Assembly (NCBI GenBank): GCA_965116925.1
Contig: OZ220744.1
Location: 2,752,001 to 2,816,000 of the forward strand
DNA length: 64,000 nt
Direction of reading: 5' to 3'
DNA from: Candidatus Poribacteria bacterium
Lineage (GTDB): Bacteria; Poribacteria; WGA-4E; PCPOR2b
Of this stretch, positions 51,857 through 62,112 are shown in pieces (position 1 is the first letter of the stretch; every line of letters begins with the position of its first letter). The notes below the pieces were generated by a model that saw only the letters and a program-made list of their open reading frames with translations, had not been told where the DNA came from and ran no database searches. The position numbers were made by a program, and so were the translations under genes.

Positions 51857-52243
51857 ATGACTTACCGCTTGAGGTTTATGCGTGCCAATCAATGTTTGGC
51901 TCTAATATTAACCGCAGTCGGATTCATAGTATTCCAACAAGGTTGTGCGACACCTCATACCTATTCGTATGTGGGTCACACCACGTTTACTATAGACAAC
52001 GTGAATCGGTTACATACCGGGATGAGTCCCGATGACGTTCGAGACGTTTTTGGTGACCCTGACAAAATCTATGATGCTTCTTTCGGAAAAAATGTTGGGG
52101 ACCCGTGGACCGGCCGGGTCTGGCTTTACTTCACACAGGTAGATCGTAACTTCATATATGTCAAACGATACAAAAAGAATCTGTTGGTCTTTTATCCTCC
52201 CGGTGAGCAGATGAGGCTTAACCATTGGGTTATTGAAGAATAA
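51857..52243 (+). CDS. Lipoprotein, SmpA/BamE-like
   Basis: Lipobox-like QGC and LHTGMSPDDVRDVFGDP. Confidence 0.7.
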   Translation: MTYRLRFMRANQCLALILTAVGFIVFQQGCATPHTYSYVGHTTFTIDNVNRLHTGMSPDDVRDVFGDPDKIYDASFGKNVGDPWTGRVWLYFTQVDRNFIYVKRYKKNLLVFYPPGEQMRLNHWVIEE

Positions 52244-52258
52244 GTTTAGGGTGTACTT

Positions 52259-53131
52259 TTGTCAATTGAGGAAAATTCTATGATTATTGACTCACACAGT
52301 CACGCATGGCCACGTTGGCCCTACCAACCCCCTGTTCCTGACAGCGATAGTCGTGGCAGGATTGAACAACTCCTCCATGAAATGGATCGGCACGGTGTTG
52401 ATCAAGCCGTTCTGGTTTGTGCCAGAATCGATCACAACCCGGATAACAACGACTATATTTTCGAGCGTTCCAAGCAGTATCCGGACCGTATCATCCAATT
52501 TGCTGACGTCGATTGTTCGTGGACGGATACTTACCATACCCCCGGTGCGGCGGATCGGCTCGCGGCGGCGGCGGATCAATACGCACTGAAAGGGTATACG
52601 CACTATTTCAGGGGCGACGACGATGGCAGTTGGTTCTTTACAGATGAAGGGCAGCGATTCTTTCAGACCACTGCCGATCTCGGGCTAATTTCCAGCCTCG
52701 CAATGGGACCGCAGCTACAGGCTCCATTACGCAAATTGGCGGCGCAGTTCCCGTCCGTCACCTTTCTCTGTCACCACATGGGCGGCGCAAGAGCCGGGGA
52801 GGAACCCCCTTATCCGAACTTAAACGAGATCCTTGCGTCGGCGAAGGTGCCAAATATCAACATCAAGATGTCTGGGTTCGGGTATGTCTCCCAAGTTCCG
52901 TGGGGCTATCCTTATTCGGATACCGGCTGGATTGTCCGTGCACTCTACGAACATTTTGGTCCCGATCGTCTCTGCTGGGGGTCAGATTACCCTGTAGTCC
53001 GTTCCTACATGACCTACCAACACTCCCTCGAAGCGTTCCGCACACATTGCACCTTCATTCCAGATGCCGATAAGACAAAGATTCTCGGCGATTCCCTCCA
53101 CCGGTTATTGACCGTAGGACAGGGGGGTTAG
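52259..53131 (+). CDS. Amidohydrolase_2-family protein
   Basis: IIDSHSH, HHMG and FGPDRLCWGSDYP. Confidence 0.9.
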   Translation: MSIEENSMIIDSHSHAWPRWPYQPPVPDSDSRGRIEQLLHEMDRHGVDQAVLVCARIDHNPDNNDYIFERSKQYPDRIIQFADVDCSWTDTYHTPGAADRLAAAADQYALKGYTHYFRGDDDGSWFFTDEGQRFFQTTADLGLISSLAMGPQLQAPLRKLAAQFPSVTFLCHHMGGARAGEEPPYPNLNEILASAKVPNINIKMSGFGYVSQVPWGYPYSDTGWIVRALYEHFGPDRLCWGSDYPVVRSYMTYQHSLEAFRTHCTFIPDADKTKILGDSLHRLLTVGQGG

Positions 53132-53334
53132 TCGGTATCCGTACCCCCTTTAGGGGAGCACAACAATTTTACAGAAATCTCAATCATGATAGACGCTCTA
53201 GGATCAACCTTTTTTTGACTTCTGTTACAGTACAAACGTATAATATTTTTGCCTTACTTTTCAGCATACCCCCGTCACCGATGAAGATGTCGAATCACTT
53301 GTTTTTCCTTAAACAACCAAAGAGGAGGTTCAAA

Positions 53335-54474
53335 ATGAACATCAGAAAGTTTACCAAATTCGTGTCTGTCTTGACGATTGTCGCACTTATTGTGGGGATT
53401 TCCGTCTATGCCGCACCAGCTGAGGCAGAAGATGTAGAGAGAGAGATTCCTGTTGGCGTTGTTATAGCTCAGACAGGACCATTCGCTTCCCCGTATGGTC
53501 TGTCAATGCTAAATGGTTTTGAGCTAGCCCGCAAACAGATGAACGAGTCAGGAATCCTTGGCAATACCAAAATCACCTTCATCGTTGAGGATGATCAGAG
53601 CGTGAGCGCCGTTGAACCGGTTGAAAAACTGATTCATCAAGATGGGGTGGCTGCTATCGTTGGTTTTGCTATTTCAACGCAGCTTGAAGAGGTAATTCCA
53701 ATTGCCGAAGAAAATAGTGTTATCATTGTTAGCTCGGTCTCGTCTGCCCCAGGTCTGAGTGCGCGTGGCGATTTTATCTTCCGTTCAGGCCTTAACTCAG
53801 GTGTGCTTAATCCCGCTGCTGTCAAGGCGACTCACAAGAAATACGATTACAAGCGGGCAGCTACGATATATCACCACCGCGATACTTATTCTACGCGTAG
53901 CGACGAAGCGTTTCGGGCTGCACTTGACGAGAGTGGTGTCGAGATTGTCGCCACAGAAATCTACGCAGGTGACGAGACCGACTTTTCGGCACAATTAACG
54001 CGGATAATGAAGTCAAATCCTGATGTTTTCTTTATTTCTGCTTTAGGATCCCACATACCTCCGATTCTGATTCAGGCGCGCGAGCTCATGCCTGATATAC
54101 ACGTTATTGTTCCTGAACTGACCAGTATTGAGGTGGAAGCTGCGGGTGCTGCTGCCGAGGGGGCGGTTACTTCTATCGGTTGGCTCAGTACGGCTGACAC
54201 GCCGTTGAGTCGAGCATTCGTCGAGAGTTATATCAGGACATACGCGGCGGAGCCTCCGGCTTGGGCGGCACAGTCTCATGCTGCCTTCCATATTCTCGCC
54301 ATGGCAATTGCAAACGCGCAATCCGTCAATCCAAGTGCGATTCGGGACACGCTAGCGAAGACTACAGATTTGGACACCGTTTTGGGTAATTTCTCCTTTG
54401 ACCCCAACGGAGAGGCGGTCTATGACCCGATAGTCCTTATTGTCAAAGACGGCGCATTTGAGGTCTTTGAGTAA
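53335..54474 (+). CDS. Branched-chain amino acid-type ABC substrate-binding protein (orphan)
   Basis: Signal peptide; TGPFASPYG, IVEDD, IFR, TDFSAQLT and FSFDPNGE; GAGGAGG RBS. Confidence 0.9.
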   Translation: MNIRKFTKFVSVLTIVALIVGISVYAAPAEAEDVEREIPVGVVIAQTGPFASPYGLSMLNGFELARKQMNESGILGNTKITFIVEDDQSVSAVEPVEKLIHQDGVAAIVGFAISTQLEEVIPIAEENSVIIVSSVSSAPGLSARGDFIFRSGLNSGVLNPAAVKATHKKYDYKRAATIYHHRDTYSTRSDEAFRAALDESGVEIVATEIYAGDETDFSAQLTRIMKSNPDVFFISALGSHIPPILIQARELMPDIHVIVPELTSIEVEAAGAAAEGAVTSIGWLSTADTPLSRAFVESYIRTYAAEPPAWAAQSHAAFHILAMAIANAQSVNPSAIRDTLAKTTDLDTVLGNFSFDPNGEAVYDPIVLIVKDGAFEVFE

Positions 54475-54480
54475 TCCTCG

Positions 54481-54966
54481 GTGGAAATGCCAATCATGCC
54501 AGACGCTCCAAGTCCGAAATTTCTCGCCGATGAAAATGTGGGCAAACTGGGTAGGTGGCTGCGGATTTTAGGATACGATGTCGCCTACCAATCTCCCGCG
54601 CTCGATGCGCAGCTCGCGCTCAAGGCATTGCGTGAGAATCGGGTGATTCTGACGCGGGATCGAGAGTTTGTGGAGCGTCGTATGGTCGAGCGATACCTCT
54701 TACTCACCAACCAAGATCCCGTCGAGCAGCTCAAGCAGGTCATCCAGACGTTTCACTTGAAACTTGATCACAATTCTTTCTTTACACGATGCCTCGATTG
54801 CAATACCCCTATTGAATCCGTTCCCAAACCGGAGGTGCGATCGGTTGTGCCGGACTACGTCTATCGCACACAGGATCAGTTTCATCGGTGTCCGAATTGT
54901 AACAAACTGTTTTGGGCGGGTAGCCATACGACCAATTTTCAGGACTGGCTGAAGCGGGTGGGTTAG
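54481..54966 (+). CDS. Mut7-C RNase domain protein
   Basis: FLADENVGKLGRWLRILGYD, ILTRD, RCLDCN and CPNCNKLFWAGSH. Confidence 0.92.
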   Translation: MEMPIMPDAPSPKFLADENVGKLGRWLRILGYDVAYQSPALDAQLALKALRENRVILTRDREFVERRMVERYLLLTNQDPVEQLKQVIQTFHLKLDHNSFFTRCLDCNTPIESVPKPEVRSVVPDYVYRTQDQFHRCPNCNKLFWAGSHTTNFQDWLKRVG

Positions 54967-55419
54967 GAGAGTGGTGGTGAGGTTTTAGGGTTCATGTTTA
55001 TTGGGAACGTTTCCTATCTCTAATTGTCGATACTACGGTATTGAATGATTTTTTGGCATCCCTCCAACGGAACATGAGATACGAACTCGCTATAACAGCC
55101 CCTATGCTGTAAAGGATAACTATTATCTCAATCTTATCCGATTTAAAATCAGACGTTGCCTAAGCCACCAGAAATGCGAATACCGTTGAAATTAGAGAGA
55201 TTTGGAGTTTGTCTTCAAGGCTGCTCTTTCTGCTAATGTCATTCACCTCGAAAGTAACAATATAAGTTGTCATTTTGTCCCTCGGATATGTGAGCATTCA
55301 TCAATATGGTAGTCCCACTCTAGCACCTTTACGCTTAACATTGTGTATAACGGCATCACGCCTGTCAAGGATTATTCTTACGGAGATCTTCAATTTGCTG
55401 ACTCACTTTACGATAAATC

Positions 55420-56541
55420 CTACACTTCGATGATTTCCACATTTGCGCGGGGTAGGACGACCTTGTTTCCATCTTCCAGTTCAACTTCTAGCACGCGCAC
55501 CATCGCTTCCGTCTCAAGCTGTTGCAGTTCGACTGGCAGGGCACACACGCGTCCCAGTTGCCCGAAATAGGGTTCACGGATGATGCGAATCGGGGTGCCG
55601 ATATTGAGCGCGTCGCCTGTGCCTGCTGCCCCAACTGTCTCTGCCTGACCTTCGACGGGGATGATGATTTCTGGACGCACAACGCCGGCGCGGATCTGTG
55701 TCGCGCCATTGATCGAAGCCATCAGACCCTCCTGCGTTTTGAGCAGATCGAAGGTCCGTGCTGCCATGCTTATCTCTCCAAACCCTTCCGTGACGACCAG
55801 CGTCAGACCGAGTGACTCTGACCCCGTGATTGCGACCCCAAGTTCGTATCCTAGCAAGTCGCGGAGATCATCGTCGTGAATGCCACCCACAATTATCCCT
55901 TTAACGCCACCCCGAATTGCTTCCTGAATAGCATCATTCCCGACGACGGCACCACCGCAGAGGATTTTGTCTCGATGTGCGGGTTGGATGAGATCCTTGG
56001 TCAATGGGGCATCTGGAGAATCTACGACAACTTCAAGTGCTCCAACGGTCTCCCCGCCGACACCAAAAATCCCTTGGATATACGTTCCATACGCTTCGAC
56101 GATAGCCCCTTCGTTAGAGATAATCTCGACGACTGATCCAGAGATATGCCCCATGACATTGACAGGAATCGGGGCTTCACGAATGATGACCTGTCCTGTG
56201 ACATCGGAGATGCTTTCGATGGTTCCATCAATCGGTGCTCGCGCTTGCGACTTAAACAGGCCAAACAAGCCCTTGGTCTCGCCTATAATTTCGTCCTTTT
56301 CGATGGGTTCTCCCTCTTTTTTGAGCATGTAGTCCCTAATATCTTCGGTGGGGATACTTAGTAAATTTGCGATATTGACAAGTTGAACGTTTCCCGGCAG
56401 AGATGCTTTTGCGACCACATCCTCCGCCTCGATTTTATCCCCCATTTGAACAGTCACCTCTCCCTCAATTGGGAGTCGGCGTTCGTTGCGTATTGTTGTG
56501 CCCGCCGCAACTTTGAGTCCGGGGGTGTATGCGTGTGCCAT
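55420..56541 (-). CDS. Conserved hypothetical protein with barrel-sandwich-like and C-terminal KOW-like segments
   Basis: MAHAYTPGL, IQGIFGVGGE, ASINGATQIRAGVVRPE and IRIIREPYFG. Confidence 0.7.
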   Translation of the reverse strand: MAHAYTPGLKVAAGTTIRNERRLPIEGEVTVQMGDKIEAEDVVAKASLPGNVQLVNIANLLSIPTEDIRDYMLKKEGEPIEKDEIIGETKGLFGLFKSQARAPIDGTIESISDVTGQVIIREAPIPVNVMGHISGSVVEIISNEGAIVEAYGTYIQGIFGVGGETVGALEVVVDSPDAPLTKDLIQPAHRDKILCGGAVVGNDAIQEAIRGGVKGIIVGGIHDDDLRDLLGYELGVAITGSESLGLTLVVTEGFGEISMAARTFDLLKTQEGLMASINGATQIRAGVVRPEIIIPVEGQAETVGAAGTGDALNIGTPIRIIREPYFGQLGRVCALPVELQQLETEAMVRVLEVELEDGNKVVLPRANVEIIEV

Positions 56542-56688
56542 AAATTTGCCTTTTTGTGTAAGATCTAATCCGTTTCAAAAATCTGGGTTTAATTCGTTGT
56601 AGAACGGACTTAATGATAGCAAATTCCTTTGTAAAAGACAATTTGACGTACTCCCAAAGCTAAAGCATTGGGATTCTTATCCACTATG

Positions 56689-57840
56689 TTAGCCGGATTT
56701 ACATAGGTGCCAATTAAATTTGACACCTATCGGGGACGCCATCGCCCCAACTACGGGACTCAACAGGAATCCCGATACTTTGTTCCAGAGGTTGATTGCA
56801 CCAACACCGTCTCGGTGATACTGAAAACCACAATGGTTGCAGTGATAGTTCCGGTTAGTGGGCTTCTTTCGATTCCCACACCGTGGGCAGGTCTGTGAGG
56901 TATATGCCTCTGATACAAACTTGACTTTCAAACCTGCCAGTTCTGCTTTGTAGCATATCATGAATTGGAGACGGGCAAACGCCCATTGGTGAACCTTCTG
57001 GTTAGACTTCTTACTAAACTTCGCTCTTTGACGGATCCCTTTGAGTTTTCCTATCACTATCGTATCTGCCTTCGCCTTGATGCAGTCAGATATAAATCGA
57101 GATGTGATTTTATGTTCGGCGTCCTTCAGTTGAGCGTTTAACTTCGCGAGTATCTTGGTCTTGATGCGTTTTAACCGATACCAGCGATTACTTCGCTTGA
57201 CACACCTATCCATTTTGGATTGGATATATGCCTTGAACTTGTTGATATACTGTTTGGTAGCTCGCAAGGCACGACCGTTGTAGATTATCGTTTGTTCACC
57301 GTCATGCGACACTATCGGGTGAATCTCGCCCATGTCTATCGCAACCGCTTTGCCTGTTTCGTGTTTGGGTGGGGTGTGGACTTTGTAAACCAGTGAGAAA
57401 TAGTAGCTGCCTCGTTGGAAATACATTTCCACATAGACCGGTTCTACTGTGGATTGAAGCGTGATAGCCGGGTTGCCTTTACCGTTGGATAATCTCAATA
57501 CACCGTCTCTGAGTGAAATCGCACTCGACTTCCAACGCACCTTGAAAAAGTGTGGTGTGCGCTTAGGGGGCTTCGCTTGAGGGTTCGACTTAACAGCACG
57601 GAAATATGACTTGAGAGAATCGAAGTAGCTCTCAATTATCGCTTGAATCGTCTGACTATGGAGATTGTATCCACGCAAGCGCATATACTTTTGGACAGCA
57701 CCTTGAGATAACCAAAAGCCTTTTTTACGCTTGACCTTGCGAATCAGAGAAACCACCTTCGAGTAGACGCGTCCTGATTCAGTGGCAAGTATATCCAATT
57801 CAGACGTTGGAGACACTTTGATTTTCTTGGTAGTGTACAT
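56689..57840 (-). CDS. tnpB: RNA-guided endonuclease TnpB
   Basis: RuvC-I AIDMGE, YKAELAG, SEAYTSQTCPRCG, CNHCG and RuvC-III HRD. Confidence 0.93.
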   Translation of the reverse strand: MYTTKKIKVSPTSELDILATESGRVYSKVVSLIRKVKRKKGFWLSQGAVQKYMRLRGYNLHSQTIQAIIESYFDSLKSYFRAVKSNPQAKPPKRTPHFFKVRWKSSAISLRDGVLRLSNGKGNPAITLQSTVEPVYVEMYFQRGSYYFSLVYKVHTPPKHETGKAVAIDMGEIHPIVSHDGEQTIIYNGRALRATKQYINKFKAYIQSKMDRCVKRSNRWYRLKRIKTKILAKLNAQLKDAEHKITSRFISDCIKAKADTIVIGKLKGIRQRAKFSKKSNQKVHQWAFARLQFMICYKAELAGLKVKFVSEAYTSQTCPRCGNRKKPTNRNYHCNHCGFQYHRDGVGAINLWNKVSGFLLSPVVGAMASPIGVKFNWHLCKSG

Positions 57841-57935
57841 GGGGATTGTCTTTCCGTCTTTGATTCTCTATACCGTAGAGTGCAGGGGACACCACCTTGC
57901 AGTGGTGCGGTATTCCCCTACCGAAAGACAAATTA

Positions 57936-57964
57936 AGTATATCATATTTTGCCTGCAAATTCAA
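57936..57964 (-). promoter_or_regulatory. Sigma70 promoter of tnpB
   Basis: TTGAAT-N17-TATACT with an extended TG. Confidence 0.6.
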
Positions 57965-58063
57965 GGAGGAACAGGGCTAAAGCATAGCTTATATCCCAAG
58001 CCTAAACACTTGGGCTTGATGGGCTAAAGTTCCATTCGGTAAATCAAAAAGGTCACAAAGATA

Positions 58064-58092
58064 TTGACAATACAATTTCACCCCATTATAAT
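58064..58092 (+). promoter_or_regulatory. Consensus sigma70 promoter of the GHMP kinase gene
   Basis: TTGACA-N17-TATAAT. Confidence 0.8.
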
Positions 58093-58162
58093 GACGGAAA
58101 AGTGCCCACCGCAATATGTATCTGCATATTCAGTCATCTGATTTCTTAACCGGAGACGTTTT

Positions 58163-59647
58163 ATGGACGCGACCCCCGAAATCCTGAAGGGCAACAACCC
58201 GATGAAGGTGGAACAGATTTTCGGACCCGACATCAAGCCCTATGAGGTACTTGAATTTGAATCAATGCTGCGGTATGAAGATTTTCAAATGTTTGGCGAG
58301 TATGGGTTTAAAAAAAATGGGCGGGTCATCATTACGCGGGCACCGGCACGACTAGATGTGATGGGTGGAATTGCGGCACACTGTGGTGCTAACGTCTTTG
58401 GATTGACACTTGAACGTTCTGCTGTTGTTGGTTGTCAAGCGAAGCAAGATCGTCGGTTGAGTGCCTTAAGTTTTGATGCGGGGTTACACGGATATCAATC
58501 CGCTCTTCAGATCTCCATTGACGATTTCTACACGGCTGGAACCCTAAAATCCTATGGGGAGGTTCAATCGCTTTTCGCGCAAAATCCACGAGTCACATGG
58601 GCAGGATATATCCTCGGCGGATTTTTCGTACTCCTGAAAGAAGGGCTGGTTGATTGCCTGCCGCACGGTGTGACGGTTATTGTTAAGAACAATATTCCGG
58701 TAGAGGCAGGAATCGGTTCTTCCGCAGCGATCGGTGTTGCAACGCTCACAGCGATTAACCATCTGTATGAACTCAATCTAAGCGCACTCGATATCGCTCG
58801 AATCGAGGGGATTGTCGAGAACCGTATTGTCGGCGTGCCGTGTGAAACCGTAGACGCAATCACGGTTGCCGCCGGACAGAAGGATACCCCACTTTCCATC
58901 CGCAGTCAACCGGATCAAGTACTTGAGACTGTTTCCCTTCCTCCAAATACAAGATTAATCGGTATTCACAGCAGAGCGCGACGGAGCCCAACGAGTTCAG
59001 CCTATGCTGATGCACGTATCGCGGCATTTATGGGATTGACAATTCTGCAGAAGACCCTCAATCTGGAGGAACTACGCGATGACTATCTATGTGGGTTGTC
59101 CGTTAAGGATTTCCGTCAAAAGTGTTGGAAGGTCTTGCCGGCACGGATGAAGGGCGCAGATTTCCTTGACCGATACGGCGAGACGGTTGATTCCCTCACA
59201 GCAGTTGAGCCTCAAAAGGTGTACGGTGTACGCAGCCGCGTCGAACATTCGATCTATGAACATGCCCGGGTAGAACGTTTTATTGAACACTTCAAAGCGG
59301 CGAGCACCAATCCGCAGGGCATTCATCACCATCTCACGGAGGCGGGAAAACTGATGTACGCATCGGATTGGAGCAGTCGTTTCCGCGCCGGGCTCGGTTT
59401 ACCCGAAATTGAGCAGATTGTTCGGTCTATTCGGCGGGTCGGAGTCCACGGCGGTCTCTATGGAGCGAAAATTACGAGCGGCGGTAGTACGGTCGCAGTC
59501 CTCTGCTACGGCGATGTCTCTAACGCCATGATCCAGATTCTTTCCGCCTATAAATTGGCGTGGGGACTTGATGCAGAAGTGTTCGCCAGCTCATCGCCGG
59601 GCGCGTTTGAGTTTGGACACGTTATCTTGCGACTTAGCAAGGAGTAG
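58163..59647 (+). CDS. GHMP sugar kinase, galactokinase/L-arabinokinase-like
   Basis: RAPARLDVMGGIA, IPVEAGIGSSAA and GAKITSGG. Confidence 0.85.
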   Translation: MDATPEILKGNNPMKVEQIFGPDIKPYEVLEFESMLRYEDFQMFGEYGFKKNGRVIITRAPARLDVMGGIAAHCGANVFGLTLERSAVVGCQAKQDRRLSALSFDAGLHGYQSALQISIDDFYTAGTLKSYGEVQSLFAQNPRVTWAGYILGGFFVLLKEGLVDCLPHGVTVIVKNNIPVEAGIGSSAAIGVATLTAINHLYELNLSALDIARIEGIVENRIVGVPCETVDAITVAAGQKDTPLSIRSQPDQVLETVSLPPNTRLIGIHSRARRSPTSSAYADARIAAFMGLTILQKTLNLEELRDDYLCGLSVKDFRQKCWKVLPARMKGADFLDRYGETVDSLTAVEPQKVYGVRSRVEHSIYEHARVERFIEHFKAASTNPQGIHHHLTEAGKLMYASDWSSRFRAGLGLPEIEQIVRSIRRVGVHGGLYGAKITSGGSTVAVLCYGDVSNAMIQILSAYKLAWGLDAEVFASSSPGAFEFGHVILRLSKE

Positions 59648-59715
59648 GGGAGGCGAAAACGGGAAAACGAGAAGACGTTTACCACAGAGACGCAGAGAGC
59701 ACAAAGGAAAACAAA

Positions 59716-60852
59716 ATGAAACCCCTGCCCTTGTTCACTGATATTGTGATTGACGCGCCTATTACGGAAGGGGTGAAGTATGCAGGTTCAAAACTGAAAC
59801 TCTTGCCTCACATATTGGACCTGGCAAAAAAGACCGACGCCAAGACCGTCCTAGATGGTTTCTCAGGAACGACGCGAGTGTCCCAAGCGTTTGCAAAGAC
59901 AGGTTACCGAGTCCTCTGCAACGACATTGCCGCATGGTCTGAGGTATTCGGGGTATGCTATCTGCTCAATCGCAAAAGCAAAGCAGATTATATTGAACTC
60001 ATTGAACACCTTAACACACTGTTACCTAGGGATGGCTGGTTCACAGCGCGCTATGGAGGAAACCCGACAGCGGCGCAAGCGGATGGACTCAAGAAGCCGT
60101 GGCAGATTCATAACACACGGAAATTGGACGCGATACGGGAGGAGATTGATCGGCTCACCCTGACGAGAGTTGAAAGGGCGGTCGCGCTCACAAGCCTGAT
60201 CCTCGCGCTTGATCGGGTTGATAGCACCCTTGGGCATTTTGCCTCGTATCTCAAGGAGTGGTCGCCTCGATCGTATAATACCTTGACCCTTAAAGTGCCA
60301 AATCTCTTTTGCACCGACGAGCAGCATGAAGTATCGCGTCAGGACATCTTTGAACTGGTAAACGATAGCGTCGTTGATCTGGCATACTACGATCCGCCTT
60401 ACGGGTCTAATAATGAGAAAATGCCGCCCTCCAGGGTTAGATACGCCTCATACTATCATCTCTGGTCAACGGTATGCCTTAACGATGAGCCTGAATTGTT
60501 TGGCAAGGCGTTGCGGCGAAAGGACACATCGGACACTTTGGCTTCGTCTGTCTTTGAGGAGTTCCGAAGAAATGAGCGCACAGGCCGCTTCATCGCAGTT
60601 GAATCCATCGATCGATTGATTCGGAACACGCACGCTCGATGGATTATCCTCTCTTACAGTTCAGAGGGGCGCGCAACCGCCGGTGAACTCAATGAAATTC
60701 TTCGGAGTCACGGTTCTCTCGTTGAGGTCGTTGAAATAGACTATAAGCGGAACGTAATGGCAGAGATGCAATCAACCCACGATTGGGTGCGGAATGCTAA
60801 TATCCCGAATCAAGAATTTTTGTTTCTCATCGAAACAAACACCAATAATTAG
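59716..60852 (+). CDS. DNA adenine methyltransferase (D12/Dam-like class), orphan
   Basis: KYAGSK, DGFSGT, YYDPPY and LSYS. Confidence 0.9.
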   Translation: MKPLPLFTDIVIDAPITEGVKYAGSKLKLLPHILDLAKKTDAKTVLDGFSGTTRVSQAFAKTGYRVLCNDIAAWSEVFGVCYLLNRKSKADYIELIEHLNTLLPRDGWFTARYGGNPTAAQADGLKKPWQIHNTRKLDAIREEIDRLTLTRVERAVALTSLILALDRVDSTLGHFASYLKEWSPRSYNTLTLKVPNLFCTDEQHEVSRQDIFELVNDSVVDLAYYDPPYGSNNEKMPPSRVRYASYYHLWSTVCLNDEPELFGKALRRKDTSDTLASSVFEEFRRNERTGRFIAVESIDRLIRNTHARWIILSYSSEGRATAGELNEILRSHGSLVEVVEIDYKRNVMAEMQSTHDWVRNANIPNQEFLFLIETNTNN

Positions 60853-60858
60853 AAAGAT

Positions 60859-61090
60859 GGTTCATATTAAGAAATCGTGCAACAGAAACTGATTTATAGT
60901 GAATTCAAAAAATAAAGAAACACTTTCGCTCCCCATGTTTAGTAGGCGCTGTTTGCAACTGCGCCGATTTTGGGTGTTTCATTAATTCTAAAATCTACTA
61001 TAGTTCATATGTTCATTAGTACATTAGTTCATTTTTTACGTTTCACGCATCACGTTTCACGTTCTTAGCATTTTGCACTTACTTCTGACA
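60859..61090. repeat. Nested repeat composite: 3682-family ends enclosing a 28021-family MITE and short tandem repeats
   Basis: GGTTCATATTAAGAAATCGTGCAACAG left end; inner element at 60895-61002; TTTTGCACTT...GACAT right end. Confidence 0.6.
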
Positions 61091-61110
61091 TAAATCAAGG
61101 AGGTATATGA

Positions 61111-61977
61111 ATGTCCGAACAACCTATGCGTGGTATGTTTCCAGTCCTGATTACGCCCTTTGATGAGCAGGATCGCATTGATGAAGATAGCCTGCGGAGC
61201 GTCGTCGAGTACAACATCAGCGCTGGCGTCCACGGCGTGGTGATCGCGTTCGCCACAGAAATTATGAAACTCACCGAAGCCGAACGATTGCAGATTGCTA
61301 AAGTGGTGGTTGATCAGACGCGCGGTAGGGTGCCGGTCGTTGTGAATACCGGCGCGGTGTCAACCGTTGCAACCGTGCAATATAGCCAGCAAACTGAGGA
61401 CCTCGGCGTAACAGCGGTGATGTGCACCCCTCCCGCAGCGGATGCGCCGGTAGCCGAGAAAAAGGCGCACTTCAAGGCGTTATCCGATGCTGTCAGTGTT
61501 CCAATCTTCGTTCAGGAGGCGGGTACGTCGCTCGGCGGAGCACTACTACGACAAATCGCTGAGGAAACCGAGCACGTACGTTACGCTAAAGTCGAAAACG
61601 CACCACCAGCACAGAAGGTCTACGAAGCGGTCCAGCACGGAGGCGATCTGGTCACAGTCTTCGGTGGCGCGAGTGGAACTTACCTTATCGAAGAACTGCG
61701 CCGTGGTTCACAAGGCACGATGCCTTGGCCCAGCCTGCCACACGCTTTTGTTCAGGTCTGGGACCGCTGGGAATCCGGTGACGAAATCGCAGCCCGTAAA
61801 GTCTGGGAGCGGGAAATTGCCCCGATTCTCCGTGTGGGAGGGCTCGTCCACAAAGAGATTCTCTACCGCAAAGGCATTATCAAATCTCCACGTTGGCGTT
61901 CTCCGGGACCTGCTCCGCTCGACGACGTGGGTCAGCGGGAATTGGATGAGGTGTGCGATCGGTTAGGGATTGGTTGA
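61111..61977 (+). CDS. DapA/NanA-family aldolase
   Basis: LITPFD, GRVPVVV and Schiff-base Lys in YAKVE. Confidence 0.88.
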   Translation: MSEQPMRGMFPVLITPFDEQDRIDEDSLRSVVEYNISAGVHGVVIAFATEIMKLTEAERLQIAKVVVDQTRGRVPVVVNTGAVSTVATVQYSQQTEDLGVTAVMCTPPAADAPVAEKKAHFKALSDAVSVPIFVQEAGTSLGGALLRQIAEETEHVRYAKVENAPPAQKVYEAVQHGGDLVTVFGGASGTYLIEELRRGSQGTMPWPSLPHAFVQVWDRWESGDEIAARKVWEREIAPILRVGGLVHKEILYRKGIIKSPRWRSPGPAPLDDVGQRELDEVCDRLGIG

Positions 61978-62030
61978 TACACTTTGGTGCAAACTTTTTC
62001 CGTGAGAAATCGTCATAATATCATTGAATA

Positions 62031-62059
62031 TTGACATCTGGGAAAAGTTAAAATATAAT
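62031..62059 (+). promoter_or_regulatory. Consensus sigma70 promoter
   Basis: TTGACA-N17-TATAAT. Confidence 0.8.
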
Positions 62060-62112
62060 ATAAAATTATCTGCCATATTATCAACTCCGATTTTCTGTGG
62101 GTAAAAAAAGCA

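Larger units (their letters stand above)
56643..58030 (-). mobile_element. IS200/IS605-family element carrying tnpB only; left end approximate
   Basis: Right end GAAT-CCCAA-hairpin-TTGGG-AGTACG-TCAA ending at 56643; left hairpin CCCAAG-TGTTTAGG-CTTGGG at ~57995-58014; no tnpA. Confidence 0.85.

Noticed and set aside
54990..55275. Possible degraded minus-strand gene beginning MTTYIVTFEVND
   Set aside because: It stops after ~19 codons and I cannot assign a family; at most an unassignable pseudogene.
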